A stretch of DNA of 64,000 bases from IMG/VR virus record IMGVR_UViG_3300021399_000152, positions 1 through 64,000 of that record; one strand, 5' to 3'. Position 1 is the stretch's first letter, and each line of letters begins with the position of its first letter. A program made the position numbers and the translations under genes. The notes beneath the pieces were generated by a model that was given only the letters and a program-made list of their open reading frames with translations, was not told the origin of the DNA and did no database searches. Below are positions 17,249-24,850 of this stretch, piece after piece. The DNA comes from a virus.

Positions 17249-17400
17249 GCTCATACATCTAATGCTCAGAAAGGAGAGCATGAATCAGCACAGGGTCTGG
17301 TGACTGCCTTTTGCCGCCCGCTGTGTGCGATATCACAGTAAAGTACAAGGTTCAATTCCTTGTTGTGTTGAGGGTGTATGAGCCTTCTTTTTTTATGAGG
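17249..17400 (+). ncRNA. structured RNA element: D-arm-like and T-arm-like hairpins closed by a 10-bp long-range helix and U-tract
   Basis: GCTC-AGAAAGGA-GAGC and CAAGG-TTCAATT-CCTTG hairpins; 5' 'GCTCATACATC' pairs 3' 'GGTGTATGAGC' followed by TTCTTTTTTT. Confidence 0.35.
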
Positions 17401-17406
17401 TGAAAT

Positions 17407-17589
17407 ATGACAGATATAGAGAAGCAGATCCTTGAAAATCAGGAAACTATAACTCTGGCTTTGAGCCAATTGATGTTGCACAGTATGGACAGCAGAGACA
17501 TCAATGACATAACCATACGCAACAGACTTATAGACAATTACCACAAAACAAGAATGGTCCTTGGCAAGGACTACATTAAGAGGTGGTAA
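17407..17589 (+). CDS. hypothetical protein
   Basis: ATG after GAGGTGAAAT. Confidence 0.45.
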   Translation: MTDIEKQILENQETITLALSQLMLHSMDSRDINDITIRNRLIDNYHKTRMVLGKDYIKRW

Positions 17590-17831
17590 GTATGGTTTGC
17601 AAGGAGTGCAAAGAACTCTGCGATTACTATCTCGATGAGTTTTGGAATTGTCAGGGTGAGTCTGAGCCTTGCCCTGACTTCTTTAACCGTGATGAATTCT
17701 TTAACCGTAAGACAACGACTGTGGTTAGCTGCTTGGGTTGTCCGATGCATGACGATCTTGAAGGATGTTATGCTGATGACCATGGAGAGCACTGCGATGA
17801 GGTTGCTCAGGATTACTATGGGAGTATGTAA
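17583..17831 (+). CDS. Cys-rich small protein
   Basis: ORF. Confidence 0.45.
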   Translation: MVSMVCKECKELCDYYLDEFWNCQGESEPCPDFFNRDEFFNRKTTTVVSCLGCPMHDDLEGCYADDHGEHCDEVAQDYYGSM

Positions 17832-17832
17832 T

Positions 17833-18051
17833 ATGTATAAGAAAGATATGATCGAAGATCTGATGGCTATACAAGGAAACCATCCTGTTTTTTGCATTAC
17901 CCCCGGTAGGGACCTTTATCAAATATCATCTCTCAACATTGTCAAAGACAACGATAAAACGGTTGCAATACTCGCTTATATAAAAAGGGACGGTGAACAG
18001 GATGACGAACACAACTCAGACGAACCAGAGTACTTCGTCTTCCAAGGTTAA
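17833..18051 (+). CDS. hypothetical protein
   Basis: ATG after GGGAG. Confidence 0.4.
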   Translation: MYKKDMIEDLMAIQGNHPVFCITPGRDLYQISSLNIVKDNDKTVAILAYIKRDGEQDDEHNSDEPEYFVFQG

Positions 18052-18146
18052 TAATCTGGACGAGATGTGGCGCATCTGTCACGACTGCGCATACTGGGAG
18101 ATATGCGAGCCGCCGTATGACTGTGCTGCAACAGAGGAGATGTTGC

Positions 18147-18365
18147 GAAATGGAAAGTGACATAAGAAGACCAAACGCTGTCATCCGAAGAGCGCACAAC
18201 GATGATGGCTCAAGATATTGGGATGAGATCGAATACTCCTGCCCGGTCTGTGGTAGGTATATCGGATCTTATGGATCTGAAGTCGGCTGCAAGCATTGCA
18301 AGATCTTTTATGACTGGGGCGACAGGGAGCCTACGATCAAGGTCGTGAAAACAATTCAATGGTGA
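18147..18365 (+). CDS. zinc-ribbon protein (CPVCG...CKHC)
   Basis: ORF. Confidence 0.45.
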   Translation, partial: EMESDIRRPNAVIRRAHNDDGSRYWDEIEYSCPVCGRYIGSYGSEVGCKHCKIFYDWGDREPTIKVVKTIQW

Positions 18366-18374
18366 GGTGCACAT

Positions 18375-18521
18375 ATGGTTGAGTTTTGTCTTAGTATACT
18401 AAGTCTGATCATGGCATTGCAGTTTGGAAAGCTGAATTGCATCCTCGAAACAATTGAGGAAGATTTGAAAGAGCTGTCAGGAAAGCATATCATGCAGACC
18501 GAAAGTAAAGAGGAGTTGTAA
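18375..18521 (+). CDS. small hydrophobic peptide (48 aa)
   Basis: Sub-threshold ORF with TM segment. Confidence 0.3.
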   Translation: MVEFCLSILSLIMALQFGKLNCILETIEEDLKELSGKHIMQTESKEEL

Positions 18522-18758
18522 GCAATGGAGTGGGGATCATTTCTTGTAGGATGTTGTGCTGGTGCACTTGTTATGCTGATCATTTTCCTGCTCAGTACAA
18601 CTTGTATATTCATGAGTATTCGAAAGTGAGACGCGTTGCCTCATTGGAACAGGGCATCTCGCTAAGGGATGGCAGGCCGTTCGAGTCGGTATTGGGCGAG
18701 GCAGACCCATGCAAGTTCGATTCTTGCACGCGTCATTCGTAAAGAGGTGAATTGTTGA

Positions 18759-18971
18759 GTGGCAAAGCTTATTTTTAAACCAGTATGCAGCAACTGTGGT
18801 TATCTGCTCACTATGCCGGTAACAGTATATCAAAACTCATGCAATAAGATCATTCCTCGTACTTGCCCGTGCTGCGATGAACCATTCGATAGCGCGGAGC
18901 TGGTTGCAGAAGGATCAGTAGACGATCGAACAGGAGTGTCAGCTATCACATTTTATACAGATACAGTGTGA
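18759..18971 (+). CDS. zinc-ribbon protein (CSNCG...CPCC)
   Basis: ORF. Confidence 0.45.
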   Translation: MAKLIFKPVCSNCGYLLTMPVTVYQNSCNKIIPRTCPCCDEPFDSAELVAEGSVDDRTGVSAITFYTDTV

Positions 18972-19080
18972 GTTTTCATACAGACTACCTGTGTGTAATG
19001 TGATAGGTGATAAGTTGTAAGGGTATTTTTACAAAGCGAAATTCACATAAAAATATACAGTAAATATGTGAGGTGATTTC

Positions 19081-19281
19081 ATGGACCAAAACTGTACGAC
19101 ATGCAAGCTGAAGCTACGCGTCCAGATCTGTGACTACTCACAGGGTGGGTGCAGATATCAGGAACCAGATGGTGACTTTGTATGTCTTGGCATGGCTGAT
19201 AATGGTCTGGCATGTTATATGCATATGGCGGATCCACTTGTCGGTTGCGAAAGATGGAAGGCGGCTGATTCAGCAACATGA
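19081..19281 (+). CDS. Cys-rich small protein
   Basis: ORF after a 110-bp AT-rich intergenic region with GAGGTGATTTC RBS. Confidence 0.45.
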   Translation: MDQNCTTCKLKLRVQICDYSQGGCRYQEPDGDFVCLGMADNGLACYMHMADPLVGCERWKAADSAT

Positions 19282-19583
19282 AGACTTGTTATTGCTGCAA
19301 TGAACCGCTCGAGCACAGCCACACCATTGTGTTCGACGACCATGAGAAGTGTTTTGTGTGTGATGCCTGCTACCATAAGATCAGGGAGCGTGTTGCACAC
19401 ACTGATATCGACCATGATTATGAATTCGATATGACGTGGACGGGTTATTATGCTCAGTCTCCCACAAGGAATGGTTTGTATGATGTGGTCACAACCGATG
19501 GCGAGCGATGGCTCGCAGCTTACGATACGCGGACAAAAACATGGGATGTGGATAACGTCCTTCTATGGAAAGAGCGTGATTAA
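19278..19583 (+). CDS. hypothetical protein with N-terminal Cys cluster
   Basis: ORF. Confidence 0.5.
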   Translation: MKTCYCCNEPLEHSHTIVFDDHEKCFVCDACYHKIRERVAHTDIDHDYEFDMTWTGYYAQSPTRNGLYDVVTTDGERWLAAYDTRTKTWDVDNVLLWKERD

Positions 19584-19946
19584 ATGATCGTGACAACATA
19601 CTTTGCGAACATCAGACATCTGCCAGAGGAGTTCGTGCCCATCTCTATCTGCGGCAAAGCTCCGAAAGGTTACACAGGGTTGCAGTATAAGAAGCTGGCG
19701 CCAAAGTGGGAGTTCTTTCAGGAGTGGAAGCAGAACCATAACAACGATTACTATCTCAAATGCTTCGACGAGCAAGTGCTCGCGCCTCTGAATCAGGATG
19801 AGGTTGTCAAAGAGTTGAAGGAGCTGGCCGGATCAGATGATATAGCTCTCGTGTGCTACGAAAAGCCAGGTAAGTTTTGCCATCGGCATCGTGTTGCCAA
19901 ATGGTTGCGTCAGGGAGGCTACTATGTTTGTGAATTCATGCAGTGA
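19584..19946 (+). CDS. DUF488-like protein
   Basis: C-terminal 'VCYEKPGKFCHRHRVAKWL' matches the DUF488 C.E....CHR signature. Confidence 0.5.
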   Translation: MIVTTYFANIRHLPEEFVPISICGKAPKGYTGLQYKKLAPKWEFFQEWKQNHNNDYYLKCFDEQVLAPLNQDEVVKELKELAGSDDIALVCYEKPGKFCHRHRVAKWLRQGGYYVCEFMQ

Positions 19947-20039
19947 GTGTCTATATCAGCAATGCTGCCCCGTTATGTGGAGCTTGCACAACGCAGCTTG
20001 CCTGACGCTTGCGAAGCAAAAGAATGATGATAGTGAATA

Positions 20040-20054
20040 TTGCACAAATGATAA
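20040..20054. repeat. 15-mer TTGCACAAATGATAA (copy 1), with inverted partner TTTGTGCAA at 20064-20072
   Basis: Exact copy again at 21541-21555 directly after the int stop codon; related half-sites at 21657-21667 and 21786-21800. Confidence 0.5.
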
Positions 20055-20078
20055 TGAGTAACTTTGTGCAACATGTAT

Positions 20079-20104
20079 AAGCTTGCGCGAGCAAGCTTTA
20101 TTGA
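20079..20104 (+). terminator. palindromic hairpin (AAGCTTGC-gcga-GCAAGCTT) with short T-tract
   Basis: Perfect 8-bp stem followed by TATT; immediately upstream of tRNA-Gln. Confidence 0.35.
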
Positions 20105-20173
20105 GGTGTAGTTAAACGGCATAACAAGGGACTTTGACTCCCTCGTCGTAGGTTCGACCCCTACCACCTCAGT
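20102..20173 (+). tRNA. tRNA-Gln(UUG)
   Basis: Canonical cloverleaf: acceptor TGAGGTG/CACCTCA, D-arm GTTA-AACGGCA-TAAC, anticodon arm AGGGA-CTTTGAC-TCCCT, T-arm GTAGG-TTCGACC-CCTAC. Confidence 0.8.
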
Positions 20174-20190
20174 CTTTTTTATAAGGAGAG

Positions 20191-20403
20191 ATGTATATGA
20201 AGTTTTCGATCACAAAAACAAGCGACCATTGGCAGCATAGCGAAATTGTCGAGCGCGAAAGCCTCGAGCAAATAGTTAACGAATGTCTTGATCCGAAGTT
20301 CTACTATGGATCGACACCAGAAGTTGTTGTAAGCCGCCCGGAAACATGGGAAGCATCCGAATGTGACTATGTCATTGAAATTTACGACGACTGGCGTGAA
20401 TAA
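20191..20403 (+). CDS. hypothetical protein
   Basis: ORF with AGGAGAG RBS. Confidence 0.45.
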   Translation: MYMKFSITKTSDHWQHSEIVERESLEQIVNECLDPKFYYGSTPEVVVSRPETWEASECDYVIEIYDDWRE

Positions 20404-20424
20404 TTGCTGCGGAGGATGTATAAT

Positions 20425-21537
20425 ATGAGTGTGCAACTTGACAACGGAATATCTGCTGTTGCAGGAGAGAACGATATGCTGTACAGAGCAGTCATTACTA
20501 CACCAAAAGGCGAGCAGAAGTGGTTATCTGCGCCAAATATGAACGAGCTGGCCCGTCGAGCATTCGCTTACGGCATGGAGACGGGACCATCGCTCGCAAC
20601 GCCGACCTTTCAGAGCTATTCTGACAGTGTGCTCACAAGGTTTAAGGCGAACACGATCAAACAGACGACCATGATAGGGTACAGAGGGTATTGCAAGAAC
20701 TATCTGTACCCTTATTTCGGCAACATCATGATCGATTGCATCAATCCAGCAATGATCCAGAGCTACTTGAATAATGTCAAGTACCTTGCGAAGAAAACAT
20801 TGCACGAACATCTGCAATATATGATTCAGGTCTTCGATTATGCCATTGCCGAGCACTACATTGCAGAGAACCCGGCCAGAAACAAGATCATTACCATTCC
20901 TTCGAGGCGAATCACGACGAGAGATACGCTTGCAGAGGATGACATCCGTGATATTTATGAGCACTTGCCTGATCTCCGCCCAGAAGATGCGAGCATTGTT
21001 GCTTTTTATCTGTTCACAGGCATGAGGCGCGGCGAGCTCGCCGGATTGCAGAGAAAATTCATTGGGCAGGACTTTATCGACATAAAAAAAGAGGCTGTTT
21101 ATCCCGGAGGCAACGAACCATACCTCGATTACACGGGAAAAACAGCCAGCGCACTGCGTTTGGTGCCGATCATTGATATCCTGCGACCATTCATCAGCGA
21201 TTGCGATCCAGAGTACTATGTATATAGGAAGGAAAAGGATCCGCCAACGCTCGCAATGCATCGCAGAACGTGGGACCGCATCAAAAACACCATCGATATA
21301 CATGGTGCAACACCACATATCCTCCGCCACACGTTTATTACTGTGTGCAACAATGCCTGCATCGATCTGAAGACGACAAAACTGATCGTCGGACATTCAT
21401 CACAGGATATTACGCTTGGTCGGTACACTCACGGCATGAAAAGCATGCTCACGAGAGCCGCCACAGAGATCAACAATGAGTTCCTTGCAATCATTAACCC
21501 GTCCGAGCCCAAGCAGGACAACGTTTTGAGGGCTTGA
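20425..21537 (+). CDS. int: tyrosine site-specific integrase
   Basis: C-terminal catalytic signature 'HILRHTF...GHSS..ITLGRYTH'; N-terminal SAM-like domain; start at ATG 20425 after GGAGG. Confidence 0.85.
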   Translation: MSVQLDNGISAVAGENDMLYRAVITTPKGEQKWLSAPNMNELARRAFAYGMETGPSLATPTFQSYSDSVLTRFKANTIKQTTMIGYRGYCKNYLYPYFGNIMIDCINPAMIQSYLNNVKYLAKKTLHEHLQYMIQVFDYAIAEHYIAENPARNKIITIPSRRITTRDTLAEDDIRDIYEHLPDLRPEDASIVAFYLFTGMRRGELAGLQRKFIGQDFIDIKKEAVYPGGNEPYLDYTGKTASALRLVPIIDILRPFISDCDPEYYVYRKEKDPPTLAMHRRTWDRIKNTIDIHGATPHILRHTFITVCNNACIDLKTTKLIVGHSSQDITLGRYTHGMKSMLTRAATEINNEFLAIINPSEPKQDNVLRA

Positions 21538-21540
21538 TGG

Positions 21541-21555
21541 TTGCACAAATGATAA
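21541..21555. repeat. 15-mer TTGCACAAATGATAA (copy 2)
   Basis: Identical to 20040-20054; the two copies bracket the integrase gene. Confidence 0.5.
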
Positions 21556-21564
21556 AATATAACA

Positions 21565-21587
21565 TAAAAAAGAAGCGCCCCGCTTCC
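21565..21587 (-). terminator. rho-independent terminator read on the - strand (GAAGCGGGGCGCTTC + TTTTTT)
   Basis: Hairpin 21573-21587 with A6 on the + strand (T6 on -) immediately downstream of the tRNA fragment. Confidence 0.45.
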
Positions 21588-21610
21588 TGAGAAGTGAGAC
21601 GCCCCAACGC

Positions 21611-21666
21611 ATGGCTCCGATTGGATTCGAACCAATGACACTCCGGGTATGAACCGGGGGTTGCAC
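21611..21666 (-). other. attP-like core: 3' portion of a tRNA(CAU) (anticodon arm, T-arm, acceptor 3' strand), no 5' half
   Basis: On - strand: ...CCGG-TTCATAC-CCGG...ATTGG-TTCGAAT-CCAAT-CGGAGCC-A; no matching 5' acceptor or D-arm upstream; adjacent to int. Confidence 0.55.
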
Positions 21667-21732
21667 AAAATATGACAGCAGATATTCACAAAAGTATTTG
21701 ATCGTCAAGTATTTCTCTGAATACCGGCGAAA

Positions 21733-21772
21733 TAAAAAGGGGTACACCGTAAAAGTGTACCCCATTTTTATC
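21733..21772. terminator. bidirectional rho-independent terminator (GGGGTACAC-cgtaaaa-GTGTACCCC flanked by A- and T-tracts)
   Basis: 9-bp perfect stem, A5 upstream and T5 downstream; sits between convergent int and late/lysis operon. Confidence 0.6.
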
Positions 21773-21834
21773 CGAACTTAAATTTTGTGCACATTTGCAC
21801 ATTTTTCAACTGAAATTTTATACCAACTACACAA

Positions 21835-21925
21835 ACTCGTATGAAAAAGTATGCGTTATCGCAAAAACTCGTATGAAAAAGTGTGCATTATCACAAAAAG
21901 TCGTATGAAAAAGTTGTTATTCAGG
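21835..21925. repeat. three tandem ~32-bp direct repeats (ACTCGTATGAAAAAGTRTGCRTTATCRCAAAA)
   Basis: Copies at 21835-21866, 21867-21898, partial 21899-21925; next to att core, candidate arm-type sites. Confidence 0.55.
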
Positions 21926-22261
21926 CTGCTTAATGCCTGCGTCGATCTGTTTAAGGTTCAGCTCCTGCCAAGCAGCGTTAATGTTGGCAATAACAGCCTC
22001 GCTATCGATGTTCCAGCCTTCGTCGGAGAGCAGCTTGAGCGCATACTTCAGCTTCTCTTCGCCTTTATAGCGACCATACATGGCTTCAGCAGCGTTGACA
22101 GCAACATAACAGGCTTCAACGAGCCCCTTGGATTCAAGATACGGCATGACATGGCGGTCAAAAACGTACTTAACAATAACAGTAAAGATCATAATGAGCA
22201 CGCCAACGATGGCGGTCCATGGAAATTCTTTAATCAGGTCCATATGCACCCATCCTTTCAA
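21917..22261 (-). CDS. holin-like small membrane protein (114 aa)
   Basis: One N-terminal TM helix (WTAIVGVLIMIFTVIV), charged C-terminal tail; last gene of lysis cassette. Confidence 0.5.
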   Translation of the reverse strand: MKGWVHMDLIKEFPWTAIVGVLIMIFTVIVKYVFDRHVMPYLESKGLVEACYVAVNAAEAMYGRYKGEEKLKYALKLLSDEGWNIDSEAVIANINAAWQELNLKQIDAGIKQPE

Positions 22262-22554
22262 CCAACGCTCTCTTCTTCTTCGTCATTTTGCTGATTATCG
22301 AGAGCTTTCTGAATACTTTTTCTGTTCGTGGCGAAGTCTTCAAGCGAAGCCCGCCCAAAATAACCTGTCACAACTACGCCAGCGAGCGTTGAGAAGTATT
22401 GAATCAACCTCACAACGGCATCAATCTGGGCAACATCGGTACAAACAAACACGCATAACGCCATAGCAATGATCACAAGAGTAAAAACTCCGAGCAGCGA
22501 CCACTTGCATACGCGCTTGCTATATTGCACAAACTCTTTGTCCTGCTTTGTCAT
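22258..22554 (-). CDS. holin-like protein with two TM helices (98 aa from internal ATG)
   Basis: TM1 WSLLGVFTLVIIAMALCVFV, TM2 YFSTLAGVVVTGYF, acidic C-terminus; GAGGTG RBS before ATG 22554. Confidence 0.5.
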   Translation of the reverse strand: MTKQDKEFVQYSKRVCKWSLLGVFTLVIIAMALCVFVCTDVAQIDAVVRLIQYFSTLAGVVVTGYFGRASLEDFATNRKSIQKALDNQQNDEEEESVG

Positions 22555-22564
22555 ATGGCGCACC

Positions 22565-23044
22565 TCACTTTTCAATCGGGCATTCCTCAAGTCTTTCGAG
22601 AAAGTCCGTAGGAATGTGGTTGCGCCCGCCTTTCGTGTACGCATGATAGATGCGCTGCAGCGAAGCAAGTCCTGAAACAGTAATCGGGTCACGTCGCACA
22701 CCATGCTTGGTGTAAGCCGCCATCAATTTATCATAAGTAAGGGCGGCGCTTTGTTCCTGTACATCCACAAGTGTTGCCTCAATCCTTTCTGTGCGCTTGA
22801 TCAGATCATCAATACGCTGCAGTTGGCTTTCGTCATTCTTGCGGACACTGTTATCAAGGTCATCAATAGCCTGCATGATACGGGCTTCCATGCTTTCGCG
22901 AGACAGTCTGTCTTTTGCTTTAGCTCTGATCCATTCTTTGATGCTATCGATACCTTTGACGAAACCAACAATGACAGCAATTCCACCAGAAACAGTAACA
23001 AGAATACCCCACCAGCTAGAAAGAAGCTCTTCCATACAATACAC
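22565..23044 (-). CDS. membrane-anchored coiled-coil protein (possible lysis accessory protein)
   Basis: N-terminal TM (WWGILVTVSGGIAVIVGF) then coiled coil. Confidence 0.45.
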   Translation of the reverse strand: MYCMEELLSSWWGILVTVSGGIAVIVGFVKGIDSIKEWIRAKAKDRLSRESMEARIMQAIDDLDNSVRKNDESQLQRIDDLIKRTERIEATLVDVQEQSAALTYDKLMAAYTKHGVRRDPITVSGLASLQRIYHAYTKGGRNHIPTDFLERLEECPIEK

Positions 23045-23051
23045 TCCTTTC

Positions 23052-24374
23052 TTACGCAGATAAGCCTGCTTTGTTTAGGGCAATCAAAAGACATTTCGCA
23101 ACGCTCTTGTCGAGCTCGAGAGTAACGGTGCTCTCGTCTTCTTCGGAACTCACATCTGTAGTGAGAAATTTTGTCATCATATAGCCTGTGTAACTGCCAT
23201 ACGTGACTGCGGCAAAGCCATTTGTTTCTTCGCCAACAAGCACGGTTGCACCAACAGGTACATGAGTGAGAATAGTACCAGATGTCGAAGCCGTCTTGCG
23301 AAGATTAACGGTCCGACCAGACTCTGCATATACTTGCATCTTCTGCATTGGTGCATCACCTTCCGCAACATCATATTCTGTGTTCACCAGTTTGCTCGCA
23401 TAGTCCCATGTGCTGATGTCACTGTACACGACACCATACTGTGTGCCTTTCGCTTCGATACACTTACCGTTGCCGATGTACAGACCAACGTGCTTGAAAT
23501 TTCCAAGCCCATCATTCAGGTACACTGTAGGAAGCTCGCCTCTTTTTGCTTCCTTCCAGCGGTAGACAGCCATTCCGGGGACCAACTTTATCTCGCCGAT
23601 CTTGCCTTTCTCTATAGAGTACTTTCTGTACATCGTGTTACTGCCGTGATACATGCTGCTTCCTGCCTCATTGTACCAATAAGTAAACGCACCAGAGCAA
23701 TCGACGGCGCCATTGCGAGCTGAGTCGGCAACATATTTCCATTTGTTGTCGGCCATGTACTTAAACTTTTCGATCAGCCAACTGGCTTTAACTTTCGCCA
23801 TAGCTCGATCACCTCGCTTTTCGAGGGCAGTATTTGGATAGTAGAAACGAAGAATGTCGGTATAAGAAAAGCCGAGCTTGGCAGCATTGATTGCACCAAG
23901 CTGGCTCATACCGACACCATGTCCTGTTTTCTTTTTGCTTGTATCCCAAGGGTCATCTTGTTCGATCAACCAAGCTCTTGCGCCGCCCCATCTGCTCTCG
24001 CTTGAAGTGGTCCGGCCCGCGTTGTCTGAAGAGAATGAGCAAGGCGAGCATACTGCGCCGTTGTATGTCAAAACCTCACCAGCAGTTTCTTCAGCAGCCT
24101 GACGGGCGACCGGGTAACCATTCATGCGCTCGGCTCGGAAAGCCTGAGCAGAAGAGGATGCATCAGAAATCGCGGACCCCTTATCGATGTAAATCATTGC
24201 ATTCGTTCTTGCTGCAACGGCCTGCGCCTTGCAGGCTTCGAGAGGCGAGTCTCCGATCTCTGATGCTACAACACCGTGGATATATTCCTCGAGCGGAATA
24301 TCAACGGTTTCATTGATTCGGCAACCAAGAAGCTCAGCGTTCTTTTGCCTTGTTATTTTTACTCTGACAGTCAT
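23052..24374 (-). CDS. endolysin: SpoIID/LytB-like domain + NlpC/P60 peptidase + SH3b
   Basis: 'EACKAQAVAARTNAM' (SpoIID/LytB signature), 'AVDCSGAFTYWY...HVGLYIGNGKCIEA' (NlpC/P60 Cys-His), C-terminal SH3_3-like 'MQVYAESGRTVNLRK...GFAAVTYGSYTGYM'. Confidence 0.8.
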   Translation of the reverse strand: MTVRVKITRQKNAELLGCRINETVDIPLEEYIHGVVASEIGDSPLEACKAQAVAARTNAMIYIDKGSAISDASSSAQAFRAERMNGYPVARQAAEETAGEVLTYNGAVCSPCSFSSDNAGRTTSSESRWGGARAWLIEQDDPWDTSKKKTGHGVGMSQLGAINAAKLGFSYTDILRFYYPNTALEKRGDRAMAKVKASWLIEKFKYMADNKWKYVADSARNGAVDCSGAFTYWYNEAGSSMYHGSNTMYRKYSIEKGKIGEIKLVPGMAVYRWKEAKRGELPTVYLNDGLGNFKHVGLYIGNGKCIEAKGTQYGVVYSDISTWDYASKLVNTEYDVAEGDAPMQKMQVYAESGRTVNLRKTASTSGTILTHVPVGATVLVGEETNGFAAVTYGSYTGYMMTKFLTTDVSSEEDESTVTLELDKSVAKCLLIALNKAGLSA

Positions 24375-24523
24375 GCAACCACTCCCATTCCGGGTTTAGA
24401 CTAGGCGGATCGTCATAGCATGGCCGATCAGACTTCGCTTTGTAAAAAGCGGTCCCGCAGACCGCAACATCATTCTTGCTGTAAGACAAGCCATGTTGCC
24501 ACGATCCACGGAACCGACCGCCA

Positions 24524-24796
24524 TTACTGTCCATACTTCCCAGTGCCATATACGGCAGCACCGTAACCAGTAGAAGTTCCGCCACCGCCTCCACCGCCAG
24601 TGTTAACGATACGAACCCAGCGCATGTTCTCGCCGAGCCGCCACACCTTGTCACCGCAAGTCGTGTAGGCAATCGAGCCAGGGCCGACGTAGCGGTAATC
24701 GATCTTGGCGTTGTTGATGCTCGTACCGTCAGGGATCATGATTTCGCACAGATTGCTGATAGCTGGCTTACCGCCAACTTTAATTACAAGAGCCAT
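24524..24796 (-). CDS. small Gly-rich protein (G7 run)
   Basis: GAGGTGATGAT RBS; NTGGGGGGGTSTGYGAAVYGTGKYGQ C-terminus. Confidence 0.4.
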   Translation of the reverse strand: MALVIKVGGKPAISNLCEIMIPDGTSINNAKIDYRYVGPGSIAYTTCGDKVWRLGENMRWVRIVNTGGGGGGGTSTGYGAAVYGTGKYGQ

Positions 24797-24850
24797 ATCA
24801 TCACCTCAATTCAAAGACGGACTGCCACATAAGTGACAGCCCTATAGACA

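Noticed and set aside
18972-19080. Sigma70-type promoter in the 110-bp AT-rich spacer (TTTACA ... TATACA)
   Set aside because: Spacing between the candidate -35 and -10 is ~20 nt, which is non-optimal, and no extended -10 is present. Too weak to call as a feature.
20524-21396. 290-aa - strand ORF inside int
   Set aside because: Antisense to the integrase, which has unambiguous catalytic motifs. Spurious.
21611-21666. tRNA fragment as a prophage-host junction (attL/attR)
   Set aside because: Phage genes (int on one side, lysis and tail genes on the other) continue on both sides with no host-like genes, so this is the phage-form attP core rather than an integrated boundary.
21851-22294. 147-aa + strand ORF
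   Set aside because: Its N-terminus is a translation of the three 32-bp direct repeats (MRYRKNSYEKV.../...RMKKLL) and the rest is antisense to the holin-like gene. Spurious.
24334-24672. 112-aa - strand ORF overlapping the endolysin start and the Gly-rich gene
   Set aside because: It overlaps two better-supported genes in another frame. Only a possible 66-aa C-terminal piece (24337-24534) could be real, and it has no clear RBS.
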